DNA of 62,400 nt from a virus. Positions 9,466 through 18,351 of the stretch are shown here, in pieces. The DNA lies in IMG/VR virus record IMGVR_UViG_3300046718_000268; one strand, 5' to 3'. The position numbers and the translations under genes were made by a program. The notes below the pieces were generated by a model. It ran no database searches, was not told the origin of the DNA, and saw only the letters and a list, made by a program, of their open reading frames with translations. The number at the start of each line of letters is the position of its first letter. Position 1 is the stretch's first letter.

Positions 9466-9870
9466 ATGCCCCAGTTTCGATCCGACATGATTACTTGGAT
9501 AGCAAAGGTTTCGGATCGTCTCGAAAAGCTATCACAGAATTCAGCGATTGCTGTGGCCGACGAAGTTCGGATTCCTGTGCAGGCCGGCGGGCATATGCCA
9601 TATGTAACTGGCAATCTTTCTCGTTCCTTGGAAGCAAGTTTGAACGAGCTGCCCATTGGTGACCTCAATCCTACAGCGGAAAACCTTCTACCCGAGCCCC
9701 GAGAGCTGATTAGGAGTGTGGTTAGTACGGCCAAAATCGGCGACAATATCTACCTTGGATTTCGAGCTGCCTATGCTCCAGAAATGGAACAAAAATATGG
9801 ATTTGTTCGTTTAACTGCTCAAATTTGGCCACAGATTGTGGATCTCGAACTTGCGAAGTTAGGTCCATGA
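9466..9870 (+). CDS. HK97 gp10-family tail-completion protein
   Basis: IPVQAGGHMPYVTGNLSRS resembles the gp10-family P..TG.LR.S motif. Confidence 0.55.
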   Translation: MPQFRSDMITWIAKVSDRLEKLSQNSAIAVADEVRIPVQAGGHMPYVTGNLSRSLEASLNELPIGDLNPTAENLLPEPRELIRSVVSTAKIGDNIYLGFRAAYAPEMEQKYGFVRLTAQIWPQIVDLELAKLGP

Positions 9871-10268
9871 GCGTGGAAGAAGACATCGAGATTGCTCTCT
9901 TCGAAAGAGCAAAAGAATATACGGATTTGCCGTTATTCTTTCCAAATTTTGACGAAGTTCCGCCTATTGATGGAAGTTCGTTTGTTGAAGTAAGACATTT
10001 TCGAAATGGCAGTCGAATTATAACATTCAATGACGAAGACTATTTTGTCGGAATGTTACAGATGATGGTTTGTTGTCCATTAGGACAAGGACCTGGAGAA
10101 GCGAGAAAAAGAGCTGCTGATATAGTCGAACTTTTTCCTAAAAATCTTTCATTATGGAATAATTCTACTCGTGTTAAGATTGCGAAGAGACCAGTTCTTG
10201 GTTCTGCTCTTCCAGTGAAGGTTAAATATCAACTTCCTGTAAGTATCTACTATGAGGCGTCTATCTGA
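9867..10268 (+). CDS. tail terminator (DUF4128-like, putative)
   Basis: ATGA overlap with the previous stop; position before the tail tube gene. Confidence 0.5.
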   Translation: MSVEEDIEIALFERAKEYTDLPLFFPNFDEVPPIDGSSFVEVRHFRNGSRIITFNDEDYFVGMLQMMVCCPLGQGPGEARKRAADIVELFPKNLSLWNNSTRVKIAKRPVLGSALPVKVKYQLPVSIYYEASI

Positions 10269-10280
10269 AAGGAGACGGAA

Positions 10281-10772
10281 ATGGCGAATACAAATAAAGG
10301 TCGTAAGCTCTTTGTGAGCGTGACTGTCGCTGCTGGAGCAATTCCGTTGGCTGCTCCGGCGGATCTTACCGAGGCAGAGTTTGCTGCTCTGCTTTGGACT
10401 GAAGTCAAGAATGTCGGTCATATTGGTGAGACTGGCACCAAGACTAATATCGTCAAATACGACGAATTGTCGACCGATGTGACTCAGAAACAGAAGGGCA
10501 TTTCGGACGCAGGCGATCCGGAAGTCGAATGTTCTCGCAACGGCGGCGATTCCGGTCAATCTGCTTTGCGGGCTGCTGGTCTCGACAAGAGATACTATGC
10601 ATTCAAAATCGTCGACGATGACATGCCTGCAGCTGGCACGAATGCAACGACCTATTACATGCGAGGGCTGGTCGCTGGCCCTGTGCATCCGAATGGTCGT
10701 AACGAGGACTTCATTCGCGAGACTTTCACGTTTGGTCTCGTTCAGCGCGAGGTCATTGTCGAGGCCGCTTAA
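10281..10772 (+). CDS. major tail (tube) protein
   Basis: 163 aa, GGAGA RBS, immediately upstream of the chaperone pair and tape measure. Confidence 0.7.
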   Translation: MANTNKGRKLFVSVTVAAGAIPLAAPADLTEAEFAALLWTEVKNVGHIGETGTKTNIVKYDELSTDVTQKQKGISDAGDPEVECSRNGGDSGQSALRAAGLDKRYYAFKIVDDDMPAAGTNATTYYMRGLVAGPVHPNGRNEDFIRETFTFGLVQREVIVEAA

Positions 10773-10786
10773 AGGGAGCGTATCAA

Positions 10787-11287
10787 ATGGATATCGGCAA
10801 AATTGTCGTCTACGAGCACATTTTTGAGCTCGTAGTTACGCTTCCGAACAGTGACATTCCCACCGGGCTCGTAATGGGAATTCGTTCAGCTTCTTCGGAA
10901 CAATGCAAGGCAATCATGCGTAAGCATACGAACGATCAAGCTCAAGGTAATCGAGCTAAACAGAAGCGAATTACCGCCGAACAACTTGAGAACAATGAGC
11001 TCGAGAGTGTTGCAGCATCGATTGCCTGGTGGCGTTGGGATGGCGATGCAACTTACAATGGCGAAAAACCAGAATTTTCGATGAAGATTGCAGTCGAAAT
11101 TCTTGGTGAAGTTAACTGGTTGTACGCTCAGGTTAAGGAGGCCGGTATAAATCTCGAAAATTTTATGCCGAAAAACTTGATCGGATCCGCGAATACCTTA
11201 ATCAGTACATCCGATACGACCTCATCCGAGACGAAAGAGACCGTACCAGGCGGGAACGTAATGCCGCTTTCGGCGAAGACAGGTTAA
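10787..11287 (+). CDS. tail assembly chaperone (G-like)
   Basis: Position between tube and tape measure; contains slippery heptamer. Confidence 0.65.
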   Translation: MDIGKIVVYEHIFELVVTLPNSDIPTGLVMGIRSASSEQCKAIMRKHTNDQAQGNRAKQKRITAEQLENNELESVAASIAWWRWDGDATYNGEKPEFSMKIAVEILGEVNWLYAQVKEAGINLENFMPKNLIGSANTLISTSDTTSSETKETVPGGNVMPLSAKTG

Positions 11288-11565
11288 ATCCAGATCCGAT
11301 TGATTTAGATCTGGAAGACGAACATTATCTGGCGCTGTTTGAATCAATCTCAAAATTTAGAACGACAGGAATGAATGGACCGGATCCAATCCAACCAAGT
11401 CAAATTTTAGGTTGGATGGATATAAACGGCATCCGATTAATGGTAGATGAAGTTAATCTAATAATCGATATTGATGCGTCATTTAGAAGCATTCTAGCAA
11501 GAGAGCAAGAACTAAATCGTCCCAAGGAATATCAAAACGAGGAGCCACAACGGCGTAGAAGATGA
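10787..11565 (+). CDS. tail assembly chaperone frameshift fusion (GT-like), joined by a -1 shift near 11164
   Basis: -1 frame hand-translated as FYAEKLDRIREYLNQYIRYDL...NEEPQRRRR* with no stop between 11137 and 11565. Confidence 0.5.
11158..11164 (+). promoter_or_regulatory. -1 programmed frameshift slippery heptamer A_AAT_TTT
   Basis: In-frame X_XXY_YYZ within codons GAA AAT TTT. The -1 frame is open from 11137 to 11565 and ends in an ATGA overlap with the tape measure start. Confidence 0.55.
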
Positions 11566-14405
11566 CAGACATTGCTCGCCTTGGTTTTGATATTGATACT
11601 TCGACATTGTCGAAGGCAAATGCTGAGCTTAGAAATCTTGTCAATAATGCAAATTATGCTGAGCAAGCTGTTCTGAAACTTGCTACATCGACATCTTCAG
11701 TCGGAACTCGAGTTGCTGCCAACATAAATGCCATGTCTGTGGCGATGGCACAAGTTTCGGCTGGCGCTGGAAATGCGGCTGCTGCTGTAGCTCGATCAAA
11801 TGCGGCGATGGTTGCAAATACTAATACGACTAGAGCTGCAACTACTGCGACAACTCAAGCGGCTGCTGCTCAGACTGCTAGTGCTGTGGCAGCGAATAGT
11901 CTTGCAGGAGCGCATGTTCAAGTTGCGGCAAATACAAATCGATCAACTGCGGCTGTCAACAGTCATTCGATAGCTACTAAAGCGGCTTCGAATGCTGTAT
12001 CAACACTTAATGAAGCCTTTGCATTAGCTGCAAAAGGAGCTGCATTACTAGCTGGATATTTTGGAATCTCGGCTATTGTCGAAGCAATTAATAAATATAC
12101 TCAGTTGACTAATACATTGAGAATGAATAATATTACTGGAAATGACGCTATAATTGTTCAACAGAAATTGTTTGAAATTGCCGATAAGAATGGTGTTCCT
12201 ATTGGTGAGACAATTAAACTTTATCAGAGACAGTCAATTGCTGCAAAAGCGCTCGGCGCTTCGCAATTAGATATGTTAAATGTCATCGATATTACAGCGG
12301 CGGCGTTGCGCATTCAAGGTACTACAGCGGAAGGTGCTCGAGGAGCACTTCTTCAGTTGTCTCAATCTTTTGAAAGTGGAATTGTTCACGCTCAAGAATT
12401 TAATTCGCTTCTGCAGAATGCTTATCCAGTAGTTCAAGCTGCTGCACGCGGCATGGATGGTATGAGTGGATCTGTCGGTAAATTGCAAGCTGCTGTTAGA
12501 GCTGGAACTGTTACTTCGCAGCAATTCTTTGCTGCTATTTTGAAAGGCGGAAAGGAGACAATAGCTCAAGCTCAGAATATGGAGCTTCAACTCAGTGCGG
12601 CATTTACTGTAATTACTAATTCATTTACTGAACTAGTTGGTAAAATTGACGATGCTACTGGTATCAGTAAGACTATTGTTGGCTGGGGTAAAGATATTGG
12701 TCAGTGGATGCAAGATTTGTCTAAGAATAAAGGATTCTTAGATTGGATGGCTGATGAATGGGGTAAAGTCAAGAACGCTGTCAGTGCTACAATTCAAGAG
12801 ATTAAAGATCTTATTACATTCTTTGGAAAAGCTATCGATATGGCTAGAAGTATCGGTAGAGAAATTGCGACTACTCAACTTGGAGGTCAATTAAAAGATG
12901 CAACGGCCGATGTAAAAGCTGCTCAAGATGCTTTAGCTGCTGGCGAGCGTAGGCTCCAGAGCCTTCAAGCACAATCACCAACTGGAGCAAGAGATAAAAA
13001 CATTATACTACAATCTATGGAAGTTGGAAGACTTGAACGTGCATATACCGCCGCCGCGGCAGCTCGTGATAGTCTTGCTATTAAACAAGCAAATGTTATG
13101 ATTGGTAGTCCTTCGACAGTGCCAGGTCCAGATGAACAAGATTTTTGGCAAGGTCCTCGTCCAAGTACACTTGGAACTAGAGGTAAGCCTGATGATCCAA
13201 TTACAAAGGCCGGTCATCACAAGGCAATGGACCCATATCAAAAGATTCTGTTAGACGCCAATCAATTTATTATAGGAGAAAAACTTAAAGAACAACAACT
13301 CGGAAAGACTGAAGTCGAAACTTTGAAGCTTGAGAAAGCTCAAGAATTAATAAATAAAGCTCAAGATCGAAATATTGCTCTAACTCCGACACAGATAGCC
13401 CAGTTAACAAGACTTGGCGATGCAATGGGAGAAGCCAAAGCTAAATTCGATGCTGCTAAAGATGTAGCCGACTTTGAAAAAGCTTCGAAAGCTGCTATTG
13501 CTAATGCAAATGCCGAGGTTGCTGCTCTTGGAATGGGCACTGAAGCGGCTATGGCATATAGGCTTGCACAAGAATTGATTAATAAAGAAATTGCAAAAGG
13601 AATTGTTCTTACTGATGAACAAATTGGTAGGATTAATGCTGCTGCGGCGGCTCAGGCTAAAGCTGTTGTAGCTGCTGATAGACAAAAACAATTGTGGGAA
13701 GCTGGAAGGGAAGCCTTCAAAGGATTCTTTAGTGATCTTACGACAAATTTAAGACAAGGAATGACTCTCTGGGACGCTTTTGCCGATGCTGCTCAAAAAG
13801 CTTTAAATAAGATTGCAGATAAGCTCATGGAATTTGCAATGGATCAAGTTTGGGATTTAATTAAAAAACAAATCGAAGGTGCTTTAGGAGGTGGCGGAGG
13901 TGGCGGCGGAGGTCTTGGAGGTCTTATTTCAGGTATAATTGGTGGAGGCGGACAGGCTGCTGGTGTCGGCGGAGCTGAAGGCTTCTTTGCAGCGGCAGAA
14001 TCAGGCATCGGTGCAGGAGTTATTGCGGCTAAAGGAGCTGCCTTCAATCACGGCAATGTGATTCCATTTGCTCGAGGTGGAGTTGTTAGCAGCCCTATGA
14101 TGTCTCCAATGGCACTGATGGGTGAGGCTGGACCTGAAGGAATTCTTCCTCTTCGTAGAGGATCAGATGGTCGTCTTGGTGTTATGTCATCTGGCAATGG
14201 AAGCGGCGGCAGCAATACTGTTATTCATCTTGAAGTTAGTGGCGATAACGAATGGGTTCGTGCTGTAGCTCGGGATGAAAGTGGAAAGATTGTTGCTACT
14301 GCTGCTCCTAGAATTACAGATACGGCAGTAACAAAATCCCGTCAACAAGTAGTTCCAACAACTAATCGAAATCGTGCTGATCGTGAAGGGGAGTGGCGCG
14401 TATGA
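11562..14405 (+). CDS. tape measure protein
   Basis: 947 aa, Ala-rich helical, Gly-run GGGGGGGGLGG near the C-terminus, canonical position. Confidence 0.9.
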   Translation: MTDIARLGFDIDTSTLSKANAELRNLVNNANYAEQAVLKLATSTSSVGTRVAANINAMSVAMAQVSAGAGNAAAAVARSNAAMVANTNTTRAATTATTQAAAAQTASAVAANSLAGAHVQVAANTNRSTAAVNSHSIATKAASNAVSTLNEAFALAAKGAALLAGYFGISAIVEAINKYTQLTNTLRMNNITGNDAIIVQQKLFEIADKNGVPIGETIKLYQRQSIAAKALGASQLDMLNVIDITAAALRIQGTTAEGARGALLQLSQSFESGIVHAQEFNSLLQNAYPVVQAAARGMDGMSGSVGKLQAAVRAGTVTSQQFFAAILKGGKETIAQAQNMELQLSAAFTVITNSFTELVGKIDDATGISKTIVGWGKDIGQWMQDLSKNKGFLDWMADEWGKVKNAVSATIQEIKDLITFFGKAIDMARSIGREIATTQLGGQLKDATADVKAAQDALAAGERRLQSLQAQSPTGARDKNIILQSMEVGRLERAYTAAAAARDSLAIKQANVMIGSPSTVPGPDEQDFWQGPRPSTLGTRGKPDDPITKAGHHKAMDPYQKILLDANQFIIGEKLKEQQLGKTEVETLKLEKAQELINKAQDRNIALTPTQIAQLTRLGDAMGEAKAKFDAAKDVADFEKASKAAIANANAEVAALGMGTEAAMAYRLAQELINKEIAKGIVLTDEQIGRINAAAAAQAKAVVAADRQKQLWEAGREAFKGFFSDLTTNLRQGMTLWDAFADAAQKALNKIADKLMEFAMDQVWDLIKKQIEGALGGGGGGGGGLGGLISGIIGGGGQAAGVGGAEGFFAAAESGIGAGVIAAKGAAFNHGNVIPFARGGVVSSPMMSPMALMGEAGPEGILPLRRGSDGRLGVMSSGNGSGGSNTVIHLEVSGDNEWVRAVARDESGKIVATAAPRITDTAVTKSRQQVVPTTNRNRADREGEWRV

Positions 14406-15106
14406 TAGATCCTATCATCTGGCCGATTCAACTTCGCCCCGAACAGACATCTGTCAATCCAGTTCCATTTACTCGATCTGGAGGCAAGACTATTAATGGC
14501 ATTCAACGTTCTACAAAAACAGATCGCGGATATTGGACTATTGGTTATAAGAATGTTCCTGTCTACAATGTAAATCTTCGTCGTTTATGGAATGCAATTC
14601 GAACAGAAGCTGGTGGTCGAGCTGGATTACTTGCAGTGCCTGCATGGTCTCCTGAAACTAATGATTGGCCTATAGGATCATATCTTGGATTGATAAAGAC
14701 TGTTCATAGTGATGGAACTCCTCATTCAGATACTACACCATATCTTCAGGATCCAATTCAAGTAAATATGTTGAATGCGGCGGAAATAGGTGACACTGTG
14801 GTTATCCTCCAGTTATTTGGCGGAATTGATGATTTAACTGGAATTCGATTTAGTTATCAACATGCTCTTTATGAAACTGGAATAGCGTCAATTTCAGGAA
14901 ATTTATATACAGTTCGAATATTTCCATCAATTCGAGCGCCTATACCGGCTGGTGCGCAATTGCAAGTATCACGTCCAACTTGTTTAGTACATTTAATGTC
15001 TGATAAAGAGATGGATACTATTATGTCGGCCGGTTCATTCTTCGATCAAATGGACGTTTCCTTTGTCGAGGCCGTAGACGAATGGAACGACAGGGCAACG
15101 GCATAG
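14393..15106 (+). CDS. distal tail protein (RcGTA g12-like position)
   Basis: Directly after the tape measure; 237 aa. Confidence 0.5.
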   Translation: MARMIDPIIWPIQLRPEQTSVNPVPFTRSGGKTINGIQRSTKTDRGYWTIGYKNVPVYNVNLRRLWNAIRTEAGGRAGLLAVPAWSPETNDWPIGSYLGLIKTVHSDGTPHSDTTPYLQDPIQVNMLNAAEIGDTVVILQLFGGIDDLTGIRFSYQHALYETGIASISGNLYTVRIFPSIRAPIPAGAQLQVSRPTCLVHLMSDKEMDTIMSAGSFFDQMDVSFVEAVDEWNDRATA

Positions 15107-15115
15107 GAGAATACT

Positions 15116-15550
15116 ATGAGCATCGCTGACGTATCAGAAGCTGCAATTCTCAATCTGATTTTCAAAGCTACACCTTGGGCTAACTATGCAGATAACGCTG
15201 CGTCGGCGCCTGAGACTAATATCGTTTGCGCAATGCATACTGCTGATCCTGGTGAAGCCGGCACTATGGCGACGAATGAGACGACTTATACTTCATATGC
15301 TAGAGTCAATGTAGTTAGAAGTGCTGTAGGATGGACTGTTACTTCTGGACCTGGCACTTGCGTTCCAGCGGCGGCTATTAATTTTCCAACTGGAACTGGA
15401 GGATCTGGAACTATCACCTATGGTTCAGTCGGCAAGAGCGGTGGCGGAGCTTCACCAATTTTATTTTCTGGAACTGTAACGCCGAATATTGTGGCTGGCA
15501 ATGGTGTTACGCCTCAATTTACCACAGGATCAGCCTTTAGTTTGGATTAA
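15116..15550 (+). CDS. hypothetical tail-module protein (144 aa)
   Basis: ORF with GGAGAA RBS. Confidence 0.45.
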   Translation: MSIADVSEAAILNLIFKATPWANYADNAASAPETNIVCAMHTADPGEAGTMATNETTYTSYARVNVVRSAVGWTVTSGPGTCVPAAAINFPTGTGGSGTITYGSVGKSGGGASPILFSGTVTPNIVAGNGVTPQFTTGSAFSLD

Positions 15551-15551
15551 A

Positions 15552-15989
15552 ATGACGTCTGCTGAATTTGTTATCTTACTTGATGCTGGTGATCTCGATA
15601 GTTTATGTGAGATCTGGCGCAAGTCTCCTGAGCATTTACGGCCAAAGAATCGTCGTGAAGCTGAAATTATGATGCATTATATTCGTACTTCTTCAAAGTC
15701 TGTACGAATGCGGTGTCGAGCGTGGTCGCATCGTTGGTTGATCGAACATAGTTTGCCGTCTGGACTGCCTGATATTCTCAAATCGCGTGCTGAACGTCTG
15801 TATCCTGTAGTAGCTGGTTCCGTTGTTATTGCTTCGATGCTACAGATGCCTTGGACGAAGCCATTGCGACGAGTGATGGAGGATGCGGCATTAGAAGTCT
15901 ATGCCGACTATAAAATTCCCGATCCATTAGTGGTACGAACATTAATGGCTGAACGTCGAGCAATTGAACGAAAGAAGTTGCTAGGTTAA
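15552..15989 (+). CDS. hypothetical protein (145 aa; internal ATG of ORF 15489..15989)
   Basis: ATG 1 nt after the preceding stop; basic, helical, not structural-looking. Confidence 0.45.
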   Translation: MTSAEFVILLDAGDLDSLCEIWRKSPEHLRPKNRREAEIMMHYIRTSSKSVRMRCRAWSHRWLIEHSLPSGLPDILKSRAERLYPVVAGSVVIASMLQMPWTKPLRRVMEDAALEVYADYKIPDPLVVRTLMAERRAIERKKLLG

Positions 15990-17935
15990 TGACTTACGAT
16001 CTTACTCTTGGAAGTTTGCCTGTTGGCATGACGTTAACTCGTGCCAGCACCGGCTGGTATTTCAACAGCACTCCGGCCTTCGCCAGCGTTGGGAATGACG
16101 TTGCGCGCTTCGACTATAATCCAACGACGGGTCTTATCCGTGGGCTTCTAAACGAGCCCACGATGACCGAAGGAAATCGCAACAACAATATGACGGGAGG
16201 CGTTGCTGGGACTCCTGGAACCGGGCCAACCAATTGGAATATTCAATCTAGTATCAACAACGTCACGAGGACTCTTGCATTCGGAACAGAAGATGGAATT
16301 CCGTATTGTGAAGTCCGTTATTTTGGAACACCGACGGCAGGTGGTTCACTTCTATTCTTTACAGAATCAAATACGGGGACTCCGGCAGTTAGCGGCCAGA
16401 CTTGGACTTCCACGACATATCTTAAACTTCAGGCTGGGTCTCTAACAGGTCTTGTCACACCGTCTAATCTTATTTCTTATCAGATGCAAGAGCGCAGTGC
16501 CGCCGGGGCTGGTCTGGTCACATCAGCAACAAATATGACTCCGAGTAGCGGGTCTTTACGGACATGTCGGGTTGATCTTACTCGTACTCTAAATAATGCC
16601 TCGACTGCTTTTATTCAGGGCGGATTTTCATGCGCCTATGCCAATGGCGTTGCCATTGACTTTACACTCCGTCTCGGCCTGCCGTCGTTGAAGCAAGTTG
16701 CGTCAGGTACAGTCTCAACGTCTGGAATCCAGACTTCGGCTGGAGCCGTAACGCGCGCGGCCGACGTGCTGACCATCGCCGCGACGAATGGTACTTATGA
16801 TATTAGCATTGTTCGGGAATCTGGCACAACGAATCTACCAGCGACCGTCATATCCGGTGGCGTGTACACGGTTCCGACAGATCCTTCTCCTCTTCGATCA
16901 GTAGCTATTGGAACAACTACAATATCACCTTCAGGATCTGGAACAGTTACGTTTGGAGGAACTGGAATAACTTCAGGTGCTGTCAACTCAATTGGTAGTG
17001 GTTCAGGGGTAATTGTTGCAGGAGTACCTAATCAATCTGCTATTACGGCGGCTGGCGTAGGATCGGCAGCTATAGTAGGACGTGGCATTCCAGGAACAAG
17101 TATTTCTGGAATTGGATCAGGATCGGCCTCATTTGCTGGCCGATCTATTGTAGGTGGTGCGGTAGCTAGTACAGGGTTAGGATCGGCTGCTATTGGCGGT
17201 AGATTGTTAAAGCCGGCACGTCTTAGCGCGGCTGGTGTTAGCGGTGCAGCGCTTGTAAGCAGAGCGGGAAAGGTTGCTATAGTTGTTTCAATGGGTCAAG
17301 GAAGAGCTCAATTTGGCGGAGCATATGTCTCTATTATTAGACAACGAATTCCAGTTAAAAGTATTCGTATTCTTTTTGAAATGATCTGGCCAGACGATAC
17401 TATAACTCGACTGTGGGATGGATCAGGACCTTTTGTTACTGAAGATGGAAATATTTGGATAGGCCTTGCAGTGCTTCAAGGATTAGATGCAATTGAACTT
17501 GCAATGAACGGTGAAGCCTCGACTTTGACTTTAGCTTTGACTGGAACTTCATCGACTATTGGTGATCTTGTCTGGTTAAGTAATAGTAATGATGAGATTA
17601 TTGGCGCTAAAGTACGAATGATGATTCAACAATGCGATGCTGATGATCAACCAATTGGAACTCCTGAAGTTCGATTTACTGGAACTATTGATAACATTGT
17701 ATTTGATGATCGTACTAGTAATGAAGATGGAACTGATGGTATAACTTCGACTGTAACAGTGGAGGTGACAAATCTATTTACTTTGCGTCGATTGCTATCT
17801 GGTTCCGTTCTTTCAGATATTGATCAGCAAGCTCGTTCTTTAATAACAAATCCAACTCAAACTGGTCCTGACAGATCTTGTGAACGAGTGCCATTAATGG
17901 CAGATCAGACAATTGTGTGGCCAAGATGGAATTAA
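15989..17935 (+). CDS. tail hub protein (RcGTA g13-like C-terminal half) with Gly/Ser/Ala-repeat N-terminal extension
   Basis: C-terminal IRILFEMIWPDDTITRLWDGSGPF..IWIGL resembles DUF2163/BR0599-type hub proteins as recalled. Repeats are of the type GIGSGSASFAGRSIVGG. Confidence 0.55.
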   Translation: MTYDLTLGSLPVGMTLTRASTGWYFNSTPAFASVGNDVARFDYNPTTGLIRGLLNEPTMTEGNRNNNMTGGVAGTPGTGPTNWNIQSSINNVTRTLAFGTEDGIPYCEVRYFGTPTAGGSLLFFTESNTGTPAVSGQTWTSTTYLKLQAGSLTGLVTPSNLISYQMQERSAAGAGLVTSATNMTPSSGSLRTCRVDLTRTLNNASTAFIQGGFSCAYANGVAIDFTLRLGLPSLKQVASGTVSTSGIQTSAGAVTRAADVLTIAATNGTYDISIVRESGTTNLPATVISGGVYTVPTDPSPLRSVAIGTTTISPSGSGTVTFGGTGITSGAVNSIGSGSGVIVAGVPNQSAITAAGVGSAAIVGRGIPGTSISGIGSGSASFAGRSIVGGAVASTGLGSAAIGGRLLKPARLSAAGVSGAALVSRAGKVAIVVSMGQGRAQFGGAYVSIIRQRIPVKSIRILFEMIWPDDTITRLWDGSGPFVTEDGNIWIGLAVLQGLDAIELAMNGEASTLTLALTGTSSTIGDLVWLSNSNDEIIGAKVRMMIQQCDADDQPIGTPEVRFTGTIDNIVFDDRTSNEDGTDGITSTVTVEVTNLFTLRRLLSGSVLSDIDQQARSLITNPTQTGPDRSCERVPLMADQTIVWPRWN

Positions 17936-18351
17936 AACGTCTTTCAGATTGGAAATCTCGCCTTATTAGAGTAATTAATAGTCAGGCGAGAAAACCATTC
18001 GAGGTAGGACAGACTGATTGCGTTTGCTTGATGATTAAAGCTGTTGAAGCTCTTACTGGTAAGCAACCTATCGAAAAAACTTGGCGCAATGCTGATCATG
18101 CTTTAGGTTTATTGAAGGATTATGGATACGAGAACATTTATGGCATTAATCATATATTTGGTGAGCCATTAACTAATTGGAAGCTCTTAAGATATGGGGA
18201 TATTGCTCGTTTACCTCCAGAATTAGCAGAAACTTGGAAAGCAGAGACTTATGGTATTTGTGTAGGCAATGGGAAGTTGATTGTTCCAGGTGAAAAACAT
18301 TTGAATATAGTTCCAGCAAAATTTGCCTGTAAAGTATGGAGAATTGGCTAA
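17917..18351 (+). CDS. NlpC/P60-like cell-wall peptidase (RcGTA g14-like)
   Basis: GQTDCVCLMIKAVEALTG candidate catalytic Cys; size and synteny. Confidence 0.5.
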   Translation: MAKMELKRLSDWKSRLIRVINSQARKPFEVGQTDCVCLMIKAVEALTGKQPIEKTWRNADHALGLLKDYGYENIYGINHIFGEPLTNWKLLRYGDIARLPPELAETWKAETYGICVGNGKLIVPGEKHLNIVPAKFACKVWRIG

